This document shows, one piece after another, positions 32,750 through 35,220 of a stretch of DNA of 35,220 nt. The stretch comes from a virus, in IMG/VR virus record IMGVR_UViG_3300045988_171378; one strand, written 5' to 3'. The position numbers and the translations under genes are program-made. The notes beneath the pieces were generated by a model, which was given only the letters and a program-made list of their open reading frames with translations, made no database searches and was not told the DNA's origin. Position 1 is the first letter of the stretch. Each line of letters opens with the position of its first letter.

Positions 32750-32769
32750 CTGTCACCGCTTTCGTACAT
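32750..32769. repeat. Left arm of the 20-bp perfect inverted repeat bracketing the mini-array (partner 32871-32890)
   Basis: ctgtcaccgctttcgtacat is the exact reverse complement of atgtacgaaagcggtgacag. Confidence 0.95.
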
Positions 32770-32870
32770 GTTTGAGGTTTTACAAAATAACAAGGCTCTC
32801 AAACGATTTTGATTTCCATTTTAAATACCCTCTTGTTTAAGAGTTTTATAAAATAACTAGGCTCTCAAAC
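32770..32870 (-). CRISPR. CRISPR-like mini-array: 36-nt repeat, 30-nt spacer, 35-nt repeat (type II-like repeat; no cas genes)
   Basis: Minus-strand repeats are GTTTGAGAGCCTAGTTATTTTATAAAACTCTTAAAC (32870-32835) and GTTTGAGAGCCTTGTTATTTTGTAAAACCTCAAAC (32804-32770). The spacer is aagagggtatttaaaatggaaatcaaaatc (32834-32805). Confidence 0.5.
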
Positions 32871-32908
32871 ATGTACGAAAGCGGTGACAGACGATTTTGA
32901 TTTCTATT

Positions 32909-33112
32909 TTACAAACTTCCGTTTCCTGAAAAATAATTTACCAACTCGTCGATTCCGACCGATAGTATATCTGCTAATTTCGGAATTTGCGTTAAACTAG
33001 GCTTACACTTACCTGACGCCCAAAATCCTACAAGCGAACGCGAAACACCTAATTTTCGCGCTAAACGTGCACAAGTCATATCGTTTGACTTTAACAGTTC
33101 TTTAAAATTCAT
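32909..33112 (-). CDS. Cro-like XRE-family HTH protein (67 aa)
   Basis: MTCARLARKLGVSRSLVGFWASGKCKPSLTQIPKLADIL. RBS aaggaggt. Divergent from the CI-like gene. Confidence 0.75.
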   Translation of the reverse strand: MNFKELLKSNDMTCARLARKLGVSRSLVGFWASGKCKPSLTQIPKLADILSVGIDELVNYFSGNGSL

Positions 33113-33121
33113 TATACCTCC

Positions 33122-33150
33122 TTGACTTTTTCCTGCCTCTGCTCTATAAT
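33122..33150 (+). promoter_or_regulatory. Consensus promoter of structured RNA B
   Basis: TTGACT (33122-33127), 17-nt spacer, TATAAT (33145-33150). Confidence 0.7.
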
Positions 33151-33156
33151 AATAGG

Positions 33157-33246
33157 AACGGAGGGGCTTAGGCAGGTTGTTCGCCCCTCTTCCCTTATCG
33201 CCGTCCTACGCTTTTTGCATTTCCGTCGGACGGCTTTTCTTTTTTA
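33157..33246 (+). ncRNA. Structured RNA, copy B
   Basis: Hairpin 1: GAGGGGC (33161-33167) / GCCCCTC (33183-33189), with the same loop as copy A. Hairpin 2: GCCGTCC (33200-33206) / GGACGGC (33228-33234) followed by TTTTCTTTTTT. Confidence 0.55.
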
Positions 33247-33259
33247 CCTTTTTACCTTT

Positions 33260-33373
33260 TTACGTTTTTGCTAAATATGTAAGCATCTCAATGATTTCCT
33301 TATCCGTCCAACCTTTTGTGGTCAGATACTCGATTATCCGTTCGAGCATCTTGTCTTGCATTTCTTCGTCCAT
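33260..33373 (-). CDS. 37-aa first ORF of the module B (lytic-direction) operon
   Basis: MDEEMQDKMLERIIEYLTTKGWTDKEIIEMLTYLAKT. Same RBS context as the module A copy. Confidence 0.45.
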   Translation of the reverse strand: MDEEMQDKMLERIIEYLTTKGWTDKEIIEMLTYLAKT

Positions 33374-33424
33374 TCCTTTACCTGCCTTTTTATATTAGTT
33401 AGCCATTTCGTCTAACTTAATCAT

Positions 33425-33453
33425 ATTTTATCACACATTTTGTCTATTGTCAA
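33425..33453 (-). promoter_or_regulatory. Minus-strand early promoter, module B
   Basis: On the minus strand: TTGACA (33453-33448), 17-nt spacer, TAAAAT (33430-33425). Confidence 0.65.
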
Positions 33454-33471
33454 CTATTTTTAGCCATTTTG

Positions 33472-33500
33472 TTGAATTTATTTGCACTTTATGTTAAAAT
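33472..33500 (+). promoter_or_regulatory. Promoter of the CI-like repressor gene
   Basis: TTGAAT (33472-33477), 17-nt spacer, TGtTAAAAT extended -10 (33492-33500). Confidence 0.55.
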
Positions 33501-33518
33501 GTTTTAAGGTGAAATATC

Positions 33519-33908
33519 ATGAAAACTTTGAAACCATTAAGAAAAGCACTGAAACAAACACAAACGGATATAGCTAAATATTTAGGTATTACTGTATCTG
33601 CTTACGGCAATTACGAATTAGGGCAACGCGAACCCGATATAGCCACACTCAACAAGCTTGCCGACTATTTCGACGTTTCCGTTGATTATCTATTAGGCAG
33701 GACTGAAATCCCCAATGCTTACGAAAATATTGTTAATACGCATATAAAAAATAAGTCTGCCGATTTTATTTCGACAGACTTACCCACTGCTATAGCTGAA
33801 AGAATGCGCTCTCATAATTTATCTTTAGAAAAATTTAAAAATTTAACTCCTCAGCAAACTGACGATTTACTTAATATTATCGAGATATTTCTCAATAATC
33901 TCAAGTAG
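33519..33908 (+). CDS. CI-like repressor (XRE HTH N-terminal domain plus C-terminal domain)
   Basis: LKQTQTDIAKYLGITVSAYGNYELGQREPDIATLNKLADYFDVSVDYLLGRTE. 129 aa. Divergent from the Cro-like operon. Confidence 0.8.
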   Translation: MKTLKPLRKALKQTQTDIAKYLGITVSAYGNYELGQREPDIATLNKLADYFDVSVDYLLGRTEIPNAYENIVNTHIKNKSADFISTDLPTAIAERMRSHNLSLEKFKNLTPQQTDDLLNIIEIFLNNLK

Positions 33909-33974
33909 CTTTTCTCCATCCTCGTACTCTAAGTCTTCCAACAATGCCGCAATAAAATAATAGAGAAAATCCAT
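33867..33974 (-). CDS. Small protein, FLYYFIAALL family, copy B (35 aa), antiparallel overlap with the CI-like gene 3' end
   Basis: Hand translation gives MDFLYYFIAALLEDLEYEDGEKLLEIIEKYLDNIK. RBS aaggagg lies 5 nt upstream. Confidence 0.4.
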   Translation of the reverse strand: MDFLYYFIAALLEDLEYEDGEKLLEIIEKYLDNIK

Positions 33975-34187
33975 TTTTCCTCCTTTTATACTTTATTCAC
34001 TTTAATAGCTATCGAGGTGTATTTACATTATACAATATATTTCGTCAAATTCCAACTGATAGAGTAAAATTTTTACATTTTTTTCTTGCAATTTTATCAA
34101 AAATTTTATATTGAATCAAAAATTGAATACTTTATACGATTTTTAAAAATTTATTAAATAACACTCTCTAAAAGAAGGTGATAATGT

Positions 34188-34253
34188 ATGTCGAATATCA
34201 AAGCAGCTCTCTACGTCAGAGTCAGCACGGCAGTAATTTTTCCGATAACGTAA
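34188..34253 (+). pseudogene. Orphan 5' fragment of a serine recombinase gene (first 14 codons intact, then unrelated sequence and a stop)
   Basis: ATG TCG AAT ATC AAA GCA GCT CTC TAC GTC AGA GTC AGC ACG encodes MSNIKAALYVRVST, then AVIFPIT*. RBS gaaggtga and an AT-rich promoter-like region lie upstream. Confidence 0.8.
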
Positions 34254-34264
34254 CGCCGTATTTT

Positions 34265-34483
34265 TCACACAGCAAAAGTATTTACTCGTAAAACTCTTTC
34301 ACTTTTAACCTCCGTAACGGGAGCCAAATAATTTTCTACAATGTCTAACAACTTTTCGCCTGCTTCGTAAGGCATTTCCTGCAATAACGCCGCGATAAAA
34401 TAATATAAAAACTCCGCGTTATTTTCTGTTTTCTCTAATACATGCGTCTCTTTTGCTTCCTCTGTGCGTATTCCTAAATCCAT
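34265..34483 (-). CDS. Small protein, FLYYFIAALL family, copy C (72 aa)
   Basis: NNAEFLYYFIAALLQEMPYEAGEKLLDIVENYL is nearly identical to copy A. The DNA at 34327-34430 is a close repeat of 28375-28478. Confidence 0.55.
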   Translation of the reverse strand: MDLGIRTEEAKETHVLEKTENNAEFLYYFIAALLQEMPYEAGEKLLDIVENYLAPVTEVKSERVLRVNTFAV

Positions 34484-34504
34484 TTTTTAAATCCTCCAAT
34501 TTAT

Positions 34505-34533
34505 TTGACTTTTTTACCTGCCTGTCGTATAAT
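34505..34533 (+). promoter_or_regulatory. Consensus promoter of structured RNA C
   Basis: TTGACT (34505-34510), 17-nt spacer, TATAAT (34528-34533). Confidence 0.7.
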
Positions 34534-34539
34534 CAGAGG

Positions 34540-34630
34540 GTGTCAGAGGGGCGGCAAGCGTTACCCCTCTGCCCTCTTGGCGCCGTTCGGTTTTGGTTTA
34601 GTGGACTTTCAACCGAGCGGCTTCCCTTTT
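34540..34630 (+). ncRNA. Structured RNA, copy C
   Basis: Hairpin 1: CAGAGGGG (34544-34551) / CCCCTCTG (34564-34571). Hairpin 2: GCCGTTCGG (34582-34590) / CCGAGCGGC (34613-34621), followed by TTCCCTTTT, a weaker U-run. Confidence 0.5.
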
Positions 34631-34775
34631 AGCCTTCCGCCTTAGCTTCCCTGACTATTTGAGCGGCTTCAGCGGCGTTCTGTGCTTCTGCTTCTATCCG
34701 TCTTGCTATCGTTTCAAGCAATGCGTTTAGTTGCGCATTCGTCATTCCGTTTGCCTCCATTTGCTCAACATTCAT
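34629..34775 (-). CDS. 48-aa first ORF of the module C minus-strand operon
   Basis: MNVEQMEANGMTNAQLNALLETIARRIEAEAQNAAEAAQIVREAKAEG. RBS aaaggaggt. Confidence 0.4.
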   Translation of the reverse strand: MNVEQMEANGMTNAQLNALLETIARRIEAEAQNAAEAAQIVREAKAEG

Positions 34776-34846
34776 TTGGACTCTACCTCCTTTTTGCTTG
34801 CCTTTTTATTCAATCTCGGTCGCTTGTCAACCTTGATTGTATCTTT

Positions 34847-34875
34847 ATTATAATCTATTTGGCTGATGTTGTCAA
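34847..34875 (-). promoter_or_regulatory. Consensus minus-strand promoter, module C
   Basis: On the minus strand: TTGACA (34875-34870), 17-nt spacer, TATAAT (34852-34847). Confidence 0.65.
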
Positions 34876-34926
34876 CCATTTTGCTGCTATTTTATAAAAA
34901 TATTTTTGAAATTTTAGTATTTTCTA

Positions 34927-34955
34927 TTGACATTATAAGCAAGATAGCTTATAAT
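34927..34955 (+). promoter_or_regulatory. Consensus promoter of the module C HTH gene
   Basis: TTGACA (34927-34932), 17-nt spacer, TATAAT (34950-34955). Confidence 0.7.
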
Positions 34956-34985
34956 ATTTTTATCATTATAATGGGAGATTAAAAA

Positions 34986-35198
34986 ATGAAATTTGCAAAT
35001 CGAATTAAGCACTTGCTTGTAGATTGCGGCAACATATCAGAGGCGGAACTTGCAAGGCGGTTGGGTGTAACACCGCAAACTCTCAACAAGAAAATGCACA
35101 CAGATAACTTTTCCACCGCCGACCTCGAGCAAATAGCCGCCGCTTTGGGCGTATCTTTCGAGGCGTATTTTGTCGCCACCGACGGTACAAAAATATAA
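34986..35198 (+). CDS. HTH DNA-binding protein, module C (70 aa)
   Basis: NISEAELARRLGVTPQTLNKKMHTDNFSTADLEQIAAALG. RBS gggaga. The 3' end lies in the terminal repeat (equivalent to nt 1-77). Confidence 0.75.
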   Translation: MKFANRIKHLLVDCGNISEAELARRLGVTPQTLNKKMHTDNFSTADLEQIAAALGVSFEAYFVATDGTKI

Positions 35199-35220
35199 GG
35201 TAACGCTATGCAAAAAAAAG
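35122..35220. repeat. Terminal direct repeat, identical to nt 1-99
   Basis: 99/99 identity with the start of the window. Confidence 0.97.

Larger units (their letters stand above)
34230..35220. other. Intervening segment (continues across the circular junction to nt 906; 1798 bp) separating the orphan int 5' end from the int body
   Basis: It is bounded by the direct repeat AGCACG (34224-34229 and 907-912). It contains switch module C, the frameshifted HNH endonuclease and a second int 5' fragment. Confidence 0.45.

Noticed and set aside
30943-32870. The 36-nt repeats as integron attC sites or gene-cassette boundaries
   Set aside because: The ends (GTTTAAG / CTTAAAC) do not fit the GTTRRRY / RYYYAAC core sites. 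There is no IntI-type tyrosine recombinase or attI. The 36/30/36 spacing and the GTTTTAGAGC start fit CRISPR repeats better. A generic boundary-hairpin role is still kept as an alternative in the findings.
33975-34187. attP for the serine integrase in the AT-rich region upstream of the orphan int start (short repeats aatcaaaaatt, ttgaat) or downstream of int (2305-2470)
   Set aside because: Serine-integrase attP sites have no universal consensus. No convincing imperfect palindrome of about 50 bp could be singled out by eye. A host attB or relatives are needed.
34230-35220. The 1.8-kb segment in int as a group I/II intron carrying the HNH ORF
   Set aside because: The segment contains three consensus promoters, genes on both strands and a whole switch module. 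It shows no recognisable intron core helices or a reverse-transcriptase/maturase. Splicing is not supported by anything visible.

Overview
The window is a complete, circularly closed phage genome. Nt 1-99 are identical to nt 35122-35220, so the unique length is 35,121 bp. Signals look Bacillota-like: GGAGG-type RBSs and many near-consensus TTGACA-17-TATAAT promoters. No homology search was possible; all calls rest on motifs read from the ORF track and the DNA.

Most genes are on the minus strand. From high to low coordinates:
- CI/Cro-type switch (33.9-32.9 kb).
- Early accessory genes (32.7-30.7 kb).
- Rad52/Sak-like annealing protein plus an HNH-like nuclease.
- A second switch-like module (29.3-28.3 kb).
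- Replication genes: initiator with in-gene iterons, DnaB-like helicase, SSB.
- A sigma-region-4-like late regulator.
- The late operon: terS, terL, portal, MuF-like minor head protein, scaffold, major capsid, connector/tail/fibre genes, and three membrane proteins (22.5 to 3.5 kb).

The plus strand carries an HNH homing endonuclease, a large serine recombinase, several small HTH regulators and an AT-rich moron.

Most unusual observations:
1. A 36-nt type II (Cas9)-like CRISPR repeat occurs four times in the early operon with no cas genes. One pair forms a repeat / 30-nt spacer / repeat mini-array bracketed by a perfect 20-bp inverted repeat.
2. A switch-like module occurs three times. Each has divergent consensus promoters, an HTH gene, small ORFs and an internal promoter driving a ~80-90 nt structured RNA. 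The RNA loop covaries with the leader of the opposing operon.
3. The integrase gene is interrupted by 7 nt exactly at the catalytic YVRV|ST motif. A diverged orphan copy of its first 14 codons, with its own promoter, lies 1.8 kb upstream. A 6-bp direct repeat would allow precise restoration of the gene.
4. The intervening 1.8 kb carries an HNH endonuclease that is split by a 1-nt frameshift.
5. A promoter-to-terminator antisense RNA sits inside the late operon.

No endolysin and no tape-measure protein were recognisable.
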